The notes: generated from the sequence alone by a model not told the origin. 53,120 nt of DNA from Candidatus Kapaibacterium sp. (GCA_038240295.1 JBBSDW010000003.1:1-53120); one strand, 5' to 3'. Positions 26,812 to 37,266 are shown, numbered from the stretch's first letter. Numbers and translations: made by a program.

Positions 26812-27552
26812 ATGTCGGGACATTCGAAGTGGTCACAGATCAAACGTAAGAAAGCGATCACCGACGGCAAGCGCGGGAAGATGTTCACGCGCTTGATCAA
26901 AGAGATCCAGATCGCCTCACGTTTGGGTGGCCCTGATCCGACTGGCAACCCAAGACTTCGCTTCGCGATCGAAACTGCGAAGAAATCATCGATGCCCGCC
27001 GATAACATTACTCGCGCGGTAGCTCGCGGCGCGGGACTCGACGGCAGCGCAGCGCTCGAAGAACTCACGTACGAAATCTATGGCCCCGGCGGAGTTGCCA
27101 TCATCGTAGAAACTGCAACCGATAACAAGAACCGCACAGTCGCAGATATCCGCCACATCACAAGTAAATGTGGCGGCAACCTGGGTGATACCGGATCGGT
27201 CGCATGGATGTTCGCAAAACGGGGACTCATTTCGATACCGCGTGAAGGCGCGATCGAAGATGATCTCATGCTCGCAGCGCTCGATGCCGGCGCCGAGGAT
27301 GTTAGCTCAGATGACGAATATTACGAGGTCCAAACGGCTCCTGATAAATTCGAATCAGTACGAACAACGCTCGACAAACTTTACACGATCGAAGAAGCGC
27401 GCATCGCAATGGTCGCCGCAAATCTTGTCAAAGTCGAAGGCGACGCAGCCGAAAAAGTGATCAAGATCCTCGACATGCTCGACGATAACGACGACGTACA
27501 AAACGTCTTTTCCAACGCGGAGATTTCGGGAGTGCTGAGTGCTGAGTTCTGA
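26812..27552 (+). CDS. yebC: YebC/PmpR family protein
   Basis: MSGHSKWSQIKRKK, YEIYGPGG, TDNKNRT, DDVQNVFSN. Confidence 0.95.
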   Translation: MSGHSKWSQIKRKKAITDGKRGKMFTRLIKEIQIASRLGGPDPTGNPRLRFAIETAKKSSMPADNITRAVARGAGLDGSAALEELTYEIYGPGGVAIIVETATDNKNRTVADIRHITSKCGGNLGDTGSVAWMFAKRGLISIPREGAIEDDLMLAALDAGAEDVSSDDEYYEVQTAPDKFESVRTTLDKLYTIEEARIAMVAANLVKVEGDAAEKVIKILDMLDDNDDVQNVFSNAEISGVLSAEF

Positions 27553-27612
27553 GTACCTACTGGTGAGTTCTTAGTGCCGAGTTCACCCCTGTTCCCCGTC
27601 CCCCGTTCGCCA
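27529..27612. repeat. 12 in-phase heptamers filling the gap between convergent genes (STRR-like)
   Basis: ggagtgc tgagtgc tgagttc tgagtac ctactgg tgagttc ttagtgc cgagttc acccctg ttccccg tcccccg ttcgcca. Confidence 0.75.
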
Positions 27613-27613
27613 G

Positions 27614-30600
27614 TTAGCGTACGATAAACAACGACCCCTGCTGCGACTCCCTTGCTTTCGATAGCATCGAATTCAAGTCGACTGAATAGTAATAGCTTCC
27701 TGAGGGTACGTTATGCAGATCGAAGATGATGGGTGTGTTCGAGCCTGATCGCGTGAGAATCTGTTGGGCCTGGATTGTTCGACCGAGCTGATCGCGGAGA
27801 GTGATGTTAAGTGTGCCATCGACCGTTGAGTGAATTTCGATCTTTGCAGAGGCACCACTGACGGGGTCGGGCGTTACCGGCGACATCGAAAACAAAGGTT
27901 GGTGTCCAAGCGTATTCTGGATCGTCCTATCACCACACGCGTTGAGTGCCAATGTGAAGAATCCAGGATTCGACTGGCTCGCGAGAACGCAATTACTATA
28001 ATTGGGTATCGAAGGATTGAATGAAAGAGAATCGACAAATACTCTTACGCTCGAAGAATCGGTGAGCAGTACTTTTAGTTTGAGCGAAACAAGCGCAACC
28101 GCAGGATCGAGCGGAAGCTCGCCCGCCGAAGAAATCGTGAACGGGATCCGCATCAGCGATCCAACAGAAACTGCCGCTCCCCAGGTTATTGCGGCGCCCG
28201 CCTCGTTCGTCCGTGAGATGATGTCGAACGCATCGTTCGAAAATGTAAGAACACCACTGACCGTCTGCAGCGATTTACCTGCTACAACTCTTTCGGGAAA
28301 AACCCCCGCGGTCACCACTTCGCCCGCCTCCGCACTCATCGATGATAGAATCACATTTAGCCGAAGTGTATCAACTGGCACTACGTTGATCGAGAGTCTG
28401 ATCACGCGCACCGAATCGATGTCCGCGTCGCTGTGGATTGTAAACGTGGTTGTACAAAGCCCCGTGTGGCTTCCATCATAGCTTACGTGAAGCGTGTCGC
28501 TCTGACCGGAAGCGAGCAGTGTACTGTCGGACAGTGGGTCGCTTGAGACTATCGCGCCGCCAGCAAGGGTTCGAGCACGAATCTTCAACGGTGCACATCC
28601 CTGATTGCTATAAACGATCGCCGTGTCGCGTCTGGAACATGCCGCAAACGTACCGAGATCGATCGCCGTCGTGTCGAGAACCAGCAGTCGGCTCCCCTTC
28701 GTCACGATCGCATTGATCGACAGAAGCGAATCACGCACCGATCCATCGGCGAGTGCAAAGTGGATCTTTAGATCTCCGTGATAATTACCTTCGACGCACG
28801 ATAAATGGACAGCGATACGCTCCGAGTAGCTGTCGAGAAGCGCTCTCGGCGAGATGGCATTTGTAGTGATCGCCGAGCAATTCCCTTCGATCATCGCTGA
28901 TACGAGTGAAAGAGTATCGCATCCCGTGTTCTGGCAATAGAAGACAATGGAATCGTTTGTGCCGCATTCCGAACGTGTCACAAAATTGAGCGAATCGAGC
29001 GAAGGCCGAAAGACCAGATTCGAAGAACCAGAAACTACAGATGCATTCATGGCGATCGTATCGACTTTCACAACACCGTCGATTTTTTCTCTGAGATAGA
29101 GTGCTCCCTGTGCATGGCCTCGTTTTTGGACCGCATAGCGTAGATGGACGATGAGCGAACTATCCTTTTCGAGCACGATCGGCGAGGTTAGCGCCGTCGT
29201 AGAAAATGGCGCATCGATCCAGAGGCTGTCGAGAGTGATCGATCCGCAGGTGCTATTGTGAAAGACTACCAGCGTATCGGCGGGATTGCATTCGGAGACA
29301 ACACCAAAGTCGATCGACGAAAGATGATCGAAACTTCCTGTTGACTTCCCTGTCCCGGTTAGACTAAGGATGAAGGATGTATCAACACCGAAGTAGATAT
29401 AGTGAATTGTTATGCTTCCGGACTTGGTGCCAAGCGTGGTGGGCGCAAAGTGGATTCGTGATAAAAGCGTGTCGCCCTGCGGAAGCGCATAAGGTAGCGT
29501 GATCGCATTGCCACCCAGATCCCGCATGTTCCAATCGCCCGTAACCTCGATCGAAGTGATCCACGCGGTGTCGCAGCCTCGATTAATGCTTCGCCAGAAG
29601 CTATCGACGGAACCACATGTCGAAACAGAATCGAACGCGATCGATCGCGAAGCAAGTACCGGCTCGCTAAACTTCGTCGAACCGGTTATCGGAATACTCA
29701 CATTCGTATCGATGCCCAATTGACTCAAAGAAAGTCGAATCGAATCCGTGGCTCCGGCACTATCGCGCGCTGTATATCGCAACCTAAAACTTCGCGCACC
29801 ACCACTCGAAAGATGGATCGGCAGCGCCAATGGATTTCCCTGAAGATCAGTAATCTGCCAATCGCTGCCGCGAAACAGTCGTCCGTTTACGATCGTCAGC
29901 GTGTCGCAGCCGTGGTTAAATAGTTGGAACACCGTATCGATTATGCTGCATTGTGCGAACGGCCCGAGATGGAGTTGGGTGGGTAAAAGAGAAAATTGAG
30001 GGCGGGCCGCAAGCGCGATTAATTTCAGCGGATAATAAAACGTATCGAAGCTCCCGTAAATTAAGTCATACGTGATCACACGGATCTTCGTTGAATCGGT
30101 GGCGGCCCCATGTAAAAATCGAATCGGGACCCAACCCAACGAAAATCCCATCGAGTCGAGCGAACCCAAATATCTGTCGGGCTTTGGGATGCTATCGAAA
30201 TGGATTGCCTTCGAAACCGCCGGTGCCCGTGTCAAATCGGCGATCCGTACATCGAGTACCGCAACCGAATCGACGCCATGATTATGAAAATAAAAAAGTT
30301 GTTTGAGCGAATCGCAGAGACCGGTCGACATTGACTTGAGGGTGTCAGTAGGATAAATGCAGGTGTTGATCGGAGCTCCATCGTGGTGGGTTCCCAACTT
30401 AAAAACGCCGCCATTGCCATCGAATGCATATAGTACGGACCCGCATCCCGTAACCACCATTCGAACGTCGAATTGCGATGTGTTCGGTCCGCCCAGACTC
30501 ACCCAGGTGAAGCCGTCATCCGTGGAGCTAAACACCCCTGAGGCGCCTCCAAATGCGCCTGAATTCTGCACGTACAGCGTGTTTCCATATCCCTGAATAT

Positions 30601-31381
30601 CTCCGGCCGGCTTAAACAAGACTGTTTGAACGTACTGCCAGGTTTGCCCGAAGTCGACACTCTTATAAACTGGCGAGGTACTGTTCAGATAATTATTTTC
30701 TGGAACACTGAACAGCTTGCTGGTAAACGGCTCGGCGTACACGCCCCACGATTCTTCGACAATATTTGCATTGGCCGAATACCAGCTGAGGCCTCCGTCG
30801 GAGGTATAATAGAGCGGAGACCCGAAGCCACTTGCGGTGCCATGAAGATCGTCCGAGAATGAAAGTCCGTCGAGTCCAACGGCCACTTTAACCGACCATG
30901 ACGCACCATTATCGGTTGAGATCGTAATGCCCGGACCTGTATATTGCGTGACGATCAGCGCTTCGTTGGTTTTGCGAACGGAGCAGGGACTTCCCTGAAA
31001 ATTACAGTTCGACCAACTCAGACCTCCGTCCACGGTCTGCCACATATTGGCGCCCGTACTTTCGAAAATAAAAGTGCAATACCCATTTAATTTGTTGGCG
31101 AACCAGATGTCGGTCATAAGGATACCGCCGTTCGTTATCCAAAATGGGATCATCGCAGCCTGCCAGGTCACGCCACCGTCGGTGGTACGTTCAATCGCAG
31201 CGGTTGAGGTATTGCCGGAAACGCAGACCATCCCGTTAAATTCGTCCCAGAAATAACCACAGGTTACACGAGCCGGAAATTGCGCGACATGGGTCCAGGT
31301 TGCCTTGGCCGTCGGTGCGCAAAAGCAAAACACACTTAGGAGCAATACCATCCGTACTACGAGCAATCTGGGATTGACCAT
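27614..31381 (-). CDS. Large T9SS-secreted protein: BNR propeller, six ASH/Ig-like repeats, cohesin-like domain, CTD
   Basis: Signal ...AKA-TW; TTDGGVTW, TVDGGLSW, STDNGASW repeats; repeated FG.V..C...DT....N.GC motif; CTD ending VPSGSYYYSV...GSLFIVR. Start 31381 is a choice among in-frame ATGs. Confidence 0.85.
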   Translation of the reverse strand: MVNPRLLVVRMVLLLSVFCFCAPTAKATWTHVAQFPARVTCGYFWDEFNGMVCVSGNTSTAAIERTTDGGVTWQAAMIPFWITNGGILMTDIWFANKLNGYCTFIFESTGANMWQTVDGGLSWSNCNFQGSPCSVRKTNEALIVTQYTGPGITISTDNGASWSVKVAVGLDGLSFSDDLHGTASGFGSPLYYTSDGGLSWYSANANIVEESWGVYAEPFTSKLFSVPENNYLNSTSPVYKSVDFGQTWQYVQTVLFKPAGDIQGYGNTLYVQNSGAFGGASGVFSSTDDGFTWVSLGGPNTSQFDVRMVVTGCGSVLYAFDGNGGVFKLGTHHDGAPINTCIYPTDTLKSMSTGLCDSLKQLFYFHNHGVDSVAVLDVRIADLTRAPAVSKAIHFDSIPKPDRYLGSLDSMGFSLGWVPIRFLHGAATDSTKIRVITYDLIYGSFDTFYYPLKLIALAARPQFSLLPTQLHLGPFAQCSIIDTVFQLFNHGCDTLTIVNGRLFRGSDWQITDLQGNPLALPIHLSSGGARSFRLRYTARDSAGATDSIRLSLSQLGIDTNVSIPITGSTKFSEPVLASRSIAFDSVSTCGSVDSFWRSINRGCDTAWITSIEVTGDWNMRDLGGNAITLPYALPQGDTLLSRIHFAPTTLGTKSGSITIHYIYFGVDTSFILSLTGTGKSTGSFDHLSSIDFGVVSECNPADTLVVFHNSTCGSITLDSLWIDAPFSTTALTSPIVLEKDSSLIVHLRYAVQKRGHAQGALYLREKIDGVVKVDTIAMNASVVSGSSNLVFRPSLDSLNFVTRSECGTNDSIVFYCQNTGCDTLSLVSAMIEGNCSAITTNAISPRALLDSYSERIAVHLSCVEGNYHGDLKIHFALADGSVRDSLLSINAIVTKGSRLLVLDTTAIDLGTFAACSRRDTAIVYSNQGCAPLKIRARTLAGGAIVSSDPLSDSTLLASGQSDTLHVSYDGSHTGLCTTTFTIHSDADIDSVRVIRLSINVVPVDTLRLNVILSSMSAEAGEVVTAGVFPERVVAGKSLQTVSGVLTFSNDAFDIISRTNEAGAAITWGAAVSVGSLMRIPFTISSAGELPLDPAVALVSLKLKVLLTDSSSVRVFVDSLSFNPSIPNYSNCVLASQSNPGFFTLALNACGDRTIQNTLGHQPLFSMSPVTPDPVSGASAKIEIHSTVDGTLNITLRDQLGRTIQAQQILTRSGSNTPIIFDLHNVPSGSYYYSVDLNSMLSKARESQQGSLFIVR

Positions 31382-31608
31382 CTGAGAACGTATCGAACAA
31401 AGCCGGGACAGCACGAAGATGGGCAGCACTTTAACCCTAACGATTTTGAAAGTTTAAAAGCCCTACTTTTGAAGGCGGGTTGTTTAAAAAGCTTATCCTT
31501 TCGAAGGAGGGGTTTGGGGTGGTTGAGCCCGCTCCTGTGGACGATAAACAATTCACAACCCTAACAATATAACTCCAAATTGGAAGAAATATCCCCAGAA
31601 TGTCAGAG

Positions 31609-32157
31609 CTACCAGGTATACCCGAGCGGCAGCGCGAGATAGGGAAAGATCTGTCGCATGTTCTGCCGTTTGAAGATGTAAGAATCGATCAGGCCCTCCG
31701 GCTCGATGAAGAAATGCGAATTCGTGCCGAGCGGCAGTTTGTAGCCGATCTCGATGGTGATACGCGCAGAGAAATATTTTTGATCGAGCAATGCCGGACC
31801 GAGATTTACACCGGCGAAAAGTCCCGTCATCGCTGCGTTATCGCGCAAGTAAATTCGCTCGCCAAAAGCCAACGAAGCAGACGAGGTCTTGACATCATTA
31901 CCGACCTTCGTATTCAGATTTCGTTGATACGCGAATTCAAAATAGCGGCTGATGAGAGGATCGATACGATACTCATACCGCGCCCCTTCCCTGCCGAGTA
32001 TCGCTCCAAGCGGATCGACTTGTGCAGCGTGGGCGTAGGGTGAGATATAGTACTGGACTTCCTCACGATCAGGCGCGCAGCCCGTCAGCGAAACGAACAG
32101 AACGAGAACGACCGAGGCAAAAAGCGTAACAAAACCAACCGAGCGCCGATCAGGCAT
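31609..32157 (-). CDS. Hypothetical lipoprotein-signal beta-barrel-like protein
   Basis: Hydrophobic stretch ending LTG-C; alternating beta strands; terminal LGYTW. Confidence 0.6.
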   Translation of the reverse strand: MPDRRSVGFVTLFASVVLVLFVSLTGCAPDREEVQYYISPYAHAAQVDPLGAILGREGARYEYRIDPLISRYFEFAYQRNLNTKVGNDVKTSSASLAFGERIYLRDNAAMTGLFAGVNLGPALLDQKYFSARITIEIGYKLPLGTNSHFFIEPEGLIDSYIFKRQNMRQIFPYLALPLGYTW

Positions 32158-33313
32158 TCTCGAGTTGATATTCTTTCAAGAGCTGGCGGGCGATAACGAT
32201 ATGCTGGATCTCGCTTGTGCCCTCATAGATCTCGGTGATCTTCGCATCGCGAATCGCACGTTCGACGAGATACTCACGAACATAGCCGTAACCTCCATGC
32301 ACCTGTACGGCCTGTGATGCAACTTCGTTAGCAATTGTCGAGGCAAAAAGTTTTGCCATCGCAGCTTCTTTAATGTAAGATGCATGGGCGTCTTTGAGTG
32401 TCGCAGCACGAAGCGTAAGCAGTCGGGCGGCATCGATCTTCATCGCCATGTCGGCAAGCTTGAACTGGATCGCCTGCAATTGATTGATCGGCTTTCCAAA
32501 TGCTTCTCGTTCGAAACTATACTTGACAGCTTTTTCAAACGCGCCGGAAGCGATGCCAAGTGCTTGTGCGGCAATGCCGATGCGCCCACCGTTCAGCGTT
32601 TCCATCGCTATCTTAAAGCCGTTACCCTCTGCGCCAAGAAGATGTTCGGTGCTCAGTTCAACATTCGTGAACGCAAGCGAACACGTGTCGCTCGAACGAA
32701 TGCCAAGTTTATCCTCCTTCTTGCCCATATCGAAACCCGACATCCCTTTCTCGACGAGGAAGCAACTGATCCCCTTGTGAGCTTTCGTCGCGTCGGTCTG
32801 CGCGAAGACGATATAAATATCGGCGGTCGTACCGTTCGTGATCCAGTTCTTAGCGCCATTCATCGACCAGGTGTTGTCGCTGAGCTTCTCGCACGTTGTC
32901 GCCTGCTTGGTTGCGTCTGAACCGACGCCAGGCTCGCTGAGGCAATAGGCTCCAAGCTTCTGCCCGCTTGCAAGCGGACGTAAAAATCTTTCCTTCTGCG
33001 CCTCGGTGCCAAAGGTTTCGATCACCCAGCAGACCAGAGAATTATTGACCGACATGATCACGCCGCAACTTGCATCGACCTTCGAGATCTCTTCCATCGC
33101 AAGCACGTAACTGACGGCGTCAAGCCCGGCGCCGCCCCAATCCGGAGAAACCATCATGCCCATGAAGCCAAGCTCCCCCATTTTCTTGACGATCTCCGTC
33201 GGAAATTCGCCAGAGATATCTCGCTCGACCGCCGTCGGGGCGATCTCATTTTCGGCAAATTCGCGGGCAGCCATTTGAATGGCAAGTTGGTCTTCGGAAA
33301 GGGTAAAATTCAT
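32150..33313 (-). CDS. Acyl-CoA dehydrogenase (short/branched-chain type)
   Basis: CLSEPGVGSD, NGAKNWITNG, KLGIRSSDT, LNGGRIGIAAQALG, IYEGTSEIQ. Confidence 0.95.
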   Translation of the reverse strand: MNFTLSEDQLAIQMAAREFAENEIAPTAVERDISGEFPTEIVKKMGELGFMGMMVSPDWGGAGLDAVSYVLAMEEISKVDASCGVIMSVNNSLVCWVIETFGTEAQKERFLRPLASGQKLGAYCLSEPGVGSDATKQATTCEKLSDNTWSMNGAKNWITNGTTADIYIVFAQTDATKAHKGISCFLVEKGMSGFDMGKKEDKLGIRSSDTCSLAFTNVELSTEHLLGAEGNGFKIAMETLNGGRIGIAAQALGIASGAFEKAVKYSFEREAFGKPINQLQAIQFKLADMAMKIDAARLLTLRAATLKDAHASYIKEAAMAKLFASTIANEVASQAVQVHGGYGYVREYLVERAIRDAKITEIYEGTSEIQHIVIARQLLKEYQLENA

Positions 33314-33417
33314 GCTTAGTGTATGCGTTCTTCGAATTGTTCTGGATCGTCCGGCCTGCAAAAATACGAATTAAAATCGTTAAGCTGCTCGCTTGCCGTT
33401 GCGTAAAAAGATCGGTG

Positions 33418-34902
33418 CTACTCGTTATCGATCTGCGCGCGCTGGAGCTTGCTGGAGTAGTCGATATAGACGGCTCTCCATTCGGTGTAAAAATCGAAGA
33501 CCGTCCAGCCGCCTTCGCGGTGACCGTTGCCGGTAGCTTTAACTCCCCCGAACGGCATGTGAGCTTCCGCTCCGATCGTTGCCGCGTTGACGTAGGTGAT
33601 CCCTGCCTCGATATCACGAACCGCGCGAAGGGCGGCGTTGATATCCTGCGTGTAGATGCTCGAGGAAAGTCCGTACTGAACCGAATTATTGATCGCAACC
33701 CCATCTTCGAGCGATTTGCATTTCAAGACCGATAGCACGGGGCCAAAAATCTCTTCGGTCGCAATGCGCATATCTGCGGTTACATCCGTGAAGATCGTCG
33801 GCTCGAAAAACCAGCCGTTTTTCAGATCCGCGCCTTTCGGAATATTTCCACCGAGCACACACCTCGCTCCTTCTTCTTTGCCGATCGCGACATACTTCTC
33901 GATATTCTTTCGCTGTTTTTCATTGATGATCGGCCCAACTTGCGTCCGTTCGTTCAGTCCATCCCCGAGGATCAGCTTACTCGCTTGCTTGATCAACCTG
34001 TCGATAAACTGATCGTGAATGGCTTCGTGCAGGATCAACCGCGATGTTGCAGTGCAACGCTGACCGGTAGTGCCGAACGCGCCCCAGAGCACGCCTTCGA
34101 TCGCAAGTTCGAGATTCGCATCGGCCATCACGATCTGCGCATTCTTGCCGCCCATTTCAAGGCAAAGATTCTTGGTTGATTCGCCGCACTTTTGAGCGAC
34201 GATCTTTCCAGTCGCGGTTGAACCTGTAAAACTGATCGCTCGAATGATCGGATGCTCGGTGATCGCCGCCCCGACAACAGAGCCCGCACCGTGCACGATG
34301 TTGAGAACACCGGAAGGAAGTCCAGCTTCGATCAGAATTTCAAGCAGCATGTTTGCTGTCGCAGGCGTATCCTCTGCAGGTTTGAATACGAACGTGTTTC
34401 CGGCGACGAGTCCGGGGAAAATATTCCAGGTTGGGATTGCCATCGGGAAATTCCACGGCGTGATGAGGCCGCACACACCAATGGGGGCGCGAAAGGAGAG
34501 ATTGAGTTTATCCGGAAGCTCGCTCGGGGTGTTCTGCCCAAACATTCGACGGCCTTCGGAAGCACAATAGAAGGCAGTGTCAATGCCTTCCTGAACATCT
34601 CCTTTTGTTTCGGTGAAGGTCTTGCCCATTTCGCGCGTCATGAGGCGCGCAATCTCGTCTTTGCGGCGAAGCATGATCTCACCGGCTTTGCGAATGATCT
34701 CTCCACGAGTTGGCCCAGGGACGAGCCGCCAAGATCTGAATGCAGCTTCCGCAGCCCGCGCTGCACGGTCGACGTCATCGACCGTCGAGTGAGGAAAGAC
34801 TCCAACGACCTCGGCCCAGTTCGCCGGATTACGATTTTCAAACGTGGCCTCGTCGGAAGACCCACACCACTCACCTGCGATAAAGTTTTTGAATTGATCC
34901 AT
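33418..34902 (-). CDS. NAD-dependent aldehyde dehydrogenase
   Basis: ITPWNFP, FTGST, LEMGGKN, GQRCTA catalytic Cys, EEIFGP, PFGGVK. Confidence 0.95.
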   Translation of the reverse strand: MDQFKNFIAGEWCGSSDEATFENRNPANWAEVVGVFPHSTVDDVDRAARAAEAAFRSWRLVPGPTRGEIIRKAGEIMLRRKDEIARLMTREMGKTFTETKGDVQEGIDTAFYCASEGRRMFGQNTPSELPDKLNLSFRAPIGVCGLITPWNFPMAIPTWNIFPGLVAGNTFVFKPAEDTPATANMLLEILIEAGLPSGVLNIVHGAGSVVGAAITEHPIIRAISFTGSTATGKIVAQKCGESTKNLCLEMGGKNAQIVMADANLELAIEGVLWGAFGTTGQRCTATSRLILHEAIHDQFIDRLIKQASKLILGDGLNERTQVGPIINEKQRKNIEKYVAIGKEEGARCVLGGNIPKGADLKNGWFFEPTIFTDVTADMRIATEEIFGPVLSVLKCKSLEDGVAINNSVQYGLSSSIYTQDINAALRAVRDIEAGITYVNAATIGAEAHMPFGGVKATGNGHREGGWTVFDFYTEWRAVYIDYSSKLQRAQIDNE

Positions 34903-34948
34903 GAGATTCAGTTTGTTGCGATGCGTGTAAACGGTTTTGAGCCCTGCT

Positions 34949-35502
34949 TTAGTGCGATGCAGTTGCATCGCGTGTCACACAACGACTGTAGCAGGACGGT
35001 GACATCCCTGAACCGATCGCACCTCGCTGGCTTGGCATGATATCAAACGAAAACCCAACTCCGGCGGCGATCTCGATCAGGCGGAACGGACCGATCGATC
35101 CACCTTCGATTCCAAAATCGTTACTCATCACGTTACTCAGAGGATACGCAAACGAGATCCAGCCAATGATCGCTTCTCTCGATTGATGATACCATGCGAG
35201 CGGAATTGCAAGCATGACTTTTGGCTCAATCAGAATGTTTAATAGCGAGCGATCGAGATGCGTTACGATGCGTGTGTGTGCCGAAGATTGTTCGCTCGAC
35301 CTTGCCGAGACAGGAATTCCGAGATTAAATCCGATCGTGGCAATTTCCCACCAATAAGCGTCGGTCCCAACAAAATCGAGATCGATAGCGCAACCCAGCC
35401 AGCCTCGTCCTCATTGCTCGGCGGCATTAATTGCTGACTCAAACAACATTCGGGAATGAGTAGAATCGCGACGATAACTATTTTCAGGAACCGAATTTTC
35501 AT
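34949..35502 (-). pseudogene. Frameshifted outer-membrane beta-barrel gene (paralogue 2)
   Basis: ATG 35502 gives a signal peptide. The reading frame changes between ~35415 and ~35340 into ..IATIGFNLGIPV..LDRSLLNILIEPKV..ISFAYPL..IAAGVGFSF. Confidence 0.65.
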
Positions 35503-36319
35503 CGAGCTCCAGTTTCGCGGTTTGGTAAATAGGGTTGCTCAGGATACCGCCTAAAGGCGAACGCGAGTGTAACTCAGAGTTGGATAGTCGGCAAACGAAC
35601 ATTCATCGCGCCTCCGCGAACGTGTCCTGATCCATCATTCAACTCCAGATTGCCTTGTATCAGCGAGTTGAGTGGGTAGGTCATCGAAATAAATGCCAGA
35701 GCACTTCGCTCATTATTATGTGAGTGTGTGAGCGGATAGGCGATGAGCAGCCGCGCTTCGATCAACGAATTTAGTTTTGAATGATCGATCGAGGTAACAA
35801 CATCCCGATTTCGGTCGAGTGATGTCGTGGTTGTTGCGATGACCGGCAATCCCAGATTAAGGCCGAACGTAAAAAAATGGTAGAGCTGAATCGCTGGATT
35901 ACCGCGAGGTAGTTCGCTCGCAGGGACGACCCAAAGTCGTTGGATCCTGCATAGATCGCGGCGCGAGATTCGAACGAGAGGCCAACGACAGGCGCCAAAA
36001 CCTGCGAATGGGCGTCAGGTTTCGCGAGGTAAAATGCTGCCACGATCCCAAGCGAATACGCAAAAGCTGGCTTCGAGGTAACTCCGGAGAGCGCACCCGA
36101 TGGAAGCGACACTCCAAACGACGCGAGCGGGACGATGAAAACCGCCCCAGTCGGACCTGGCCCGAGAACGTTCGGCGAGGGGTGCGACTGCACATGCCAC
36201 TGAGTTGATCCCGTGACCAAAGAAGCTCGCTCCTGCGCACACGACGGCGTGCGCAGGATAGCGATGAGGACGACCGATGCAATCATTTTCAATCGAAGCT
36301 GCTCGATGTGTGAGTTCAC
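35499..36319 (-). pseudogene. Disrupted outer-membrane beta-barrel gene (paralogue 1)
   Basis: Signal peptide, frameshift ~35903 (NYLAV to NPAIQLYHFFTFGLNLGLPV), premature TGA 35574-35576. Read-through ends at TGA 35499, which overlaps the next ATG. Confidence 0.7.
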
Positions 36320-36400
36320 ACTTGAATAACACAGCGGCGAACCGATAGATACAAGTCGCGCGCACTATGCTGGATTTAAGGCCTCCTCAATTTAAAGAGC

Positions 36401-36408
36401 TAATTTTG
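36401..36408 (+). promoter_or_regulatory. Candidate -7 element for the Yip1 gene
   Basis: TAATTTTG 40 bp upstream of ATG 36448; -33 element weak. Confidence 0.3.
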
Positions 36409-36447
36409 AACTGTCTCATTTGAGTGGAAGTAAATCTTAGCCCCGTT

Positions 36448-37266
36448 ATGGACGATCTGAATAGCTTCTTGCCCGACCTTTCGACTCCGGCGACCGACCC
36501 GCAATTTTTTACTGCGATCCCCTCCGATGAGTCGACGCTCGATCGGATGATGAGCGTCTTTACTTCGCCTCGCGAAGCGATGCAGGGCATCGAACTTTCC
36601 AAAAGCGCGTCGACATGGATCGTGCCGCTGCTTGTCGCAATGCTGCTAACAGCAACATCCTTCGCGCTCCGATATTACACAACGAACGCTGCCGAAGAAG
36701 AGCACACGATGCGCGTGCAAAACTTCACGCAGATGTCCGAGAACAAGAACCTGAATTCCGATCAGCGGACGATGTTCAAGAAAAAAGCAGCCGAAGACAC
36801 AGCGAATCCCAATAAATCGGCGGTCTGGGGCTTTGCACTCGGTCTTGGACTCGTGCTCAGCGCTCCGCTTTTTTCGAGCCTCGTCTTTTTTCTTCTCGCG
36901 AAGATCGTCTTTAAAGCCGATCACGTCACCTTCACAATGATCCTCGCGGCGGCTTCGATCACACTCGTGATCACCGGCGTCGGCGATGTCCTGCAACTCG
37001 TGCTGCAGGCAATTACCGGCGATGGCGCGATGACGATCAGCCCTGCGGCATTCGTATCGGGCGCTCCGCAAAAACCGCTGTTTGCATTCGCAATGCAGTT
37101 CAACGTTTTTAAGATCTGGGATCTGATCGTCTTTAGCATCGCTTATGCCTCCCTCGTTCGCCGACAGGCGATGGCCGGATACGCTGTCGTGTTCGTCACC
37201 TGGCTTGTCCGCATCGCGCTCTGGACGGGCATCACAGCGATGCTTCAAAAAATTCAGGCCGGCTAA
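36448..37266 (+). CDS. Yip1-domain membrane protein
   Basis: SVFTSPREAM, about 5 TM segments, FNVFKIWDL. Start is 36424 (GTG) or 36448. Confidence 0.75.
   Translation: MDDLNSFLPDLSTPATDPQFFTAIPSDESTLDRMMSVFTSPREAMQGIELSKSASTWIVPLLVAMLLTATSFALRYYTTNAAEEEHTMRVQNFTQMSENKNLNSDQRTMFKKKAAEDTANPNKSAVWGFALGLGLVLSAPLFSSLVFFLLAKIVFKADHVTFTMILAAASITLVITGVGDVLQLVLQAITGDGAMTISPAAFVSGAPQKPLFAFAMQFNVFKIWDLIVFSIAYASLVRRQAMAGYAVVFVTWLVRIALWTGITAMLQKIQAG

Noticed and set aside
31464-31471. TACTTTTG promoter-like match on the + strand
   Set aside because: Spacing to TTTG is only 15 nt and it points into the 3' end of an opposite-strand gene.
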